A stretch of 62,002 nucleotides of DNA, counting the filler, from Basidiobolus meristosporus CBS 931.73 (Eukaryota; Fungi; Basidiobolomycota): assembly GCA_002104905.1 (NCBI GenBank). It is 3 parts of 3 records of this genome, joined end to end, with 100 filler letters (N's around TTAATTAATTAA, not from the genome) between each part and the next. Parts side by side here need not be neighbours in the genome. Positions count along the whole stretch, not along the records: positions 49,822 to 62,002 come from MCFE01001253.1; 2 more parts are not named here. The stretch is one strand, 5' to 3'. Below the pieces are notes generated by a model that ran no database searches, had not been told where the DNA came from, and saw only the letters and a program-made list of their open reading frames with translations. How positions within the stretch are numbered: position 1 is the stretch's first letter; every line of letters begins with the position of its first letter. Both the position numbers and the translations under genes were made by a program. Positions 61,330 through 62,002 of this stretch are shown here, one piece after another.

Positions 61330-62002
61330 TAACTGCTTCTTTAGATACTGATTAGTATAGATCACACTGGTGACTTCTACGTCGCTATGTGAAAGCCAAG
61401 TTTGGTAAAGGTGTCTAGACCAATGACTACCTGAGGCCCATCTGGAATGTCAATAACTTCCATCTGATGGATTATAGTTATTGAGCCACAGTGTATGCTG
61501 ATTGGGTTGGTGATACCAATTCTTGGGGCTGAGAGGTCCTTAGCCCACAAGTATGATTTTTCCTGGTCGCTTTTCTATCTGCCAATTTGAGTTCTTTGAC
61601 CACATTAGGTGATACAATAGAGTCAGATGACCCAGTATCCAGTAGTGCTACATATGATTGGCCATTGAGTTTGAGTGGCACCTCTATAGCTTTTAGCTGC
61701 GCAATTGGTTGCTTCTTTTCTTGAACAGTTGCAATTTTAGCTGGAAATTCAAAGAGGTTGTGATAGTCTTGAGCTGTAAGCTCTTCATATGCTTCTTCAT
61801 ACCCATGTCATATCATTGGTTGAATGATCATCTAGAATCTGAGTAATTTTTGCCAATGGTGTAGAATTCTTGTCAGGACAGGCAGGTGATCTATGTCCCA
61901 TCTTTCCACATTTAAAGCATTTGTCATCAGCATATGGATTATTGGTTTTGGTATTTTGCTGCTTCTCTGACATGTTTCCTGACTTGTTTGACTGCTTGGT
62001 GA
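61330..62002 (-). mobile_element. Ty3/gypsy-like LTR retrotransposon gag-protease relic
   Basis: CCHC knuckle CFKCGKMGHRSPAC (~61880-61925), retropepsin ALLDTGS (~61640) and VVIGLDTFTKLG (~61400); interrupted by stops and frameshifts. Confidence 0.82.

Overview
Eukaryotic, intron-rich fungal DNA, most consistent with an early-diverging (Mucoromycota/Zoopagomycota-type) fungus; the taxonomy is inferred, not determined. The window is three contigs joined by artificial 100-bp spacers (N44-TTAATTAATTAA-N44 at 20346-20445 and 49722-49821), so adjacency across those points is not biological evidence. Contig 1 has the 3' half of a dead LINE, an NADP-dependent alcohol dehydrogenase, a foldback MITE-like element, a 2506-aa secreted Thr/Val repeat protein ending in a CBM19-like module, a glyoxalase/VOC pseudogene and SGF29. 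Contig 2 has a copia gag relic, a three-exon TET/JBP-like 2OG-Fe(II) dioxygenase, a secreted acidic protein and a housekeeping block (LEU1, aspartate aminotransferase, cytochrome-b5/acyl-CoA dehydrogenase, UspA, RPL38, LYAR-like, MAP1, two AVT-like transporters, RPL17, HRD3/SEL1). Contig 3 has a broken RNF213-like gene, two head-to-tail LINEs and a Ty3/gypsy gag-protease relic. The most notable signals are: (i) all three APE-endonuclease LINEs, from two divergent families, end in AATAAA followed by telomere-type (CCCTAA)2-3, and one starts exactly at the CCCTAA tail of another; (ii) a TET/JBP-type DNA-modifying dioxygenase in a genome whose repeats are almost free of CpG; (iii) a duplicated AAT/ACAD divergent promoter with reciprocal gene loss. 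All calls come from reading the sequence and from recalled family motifs; no database searches were run.
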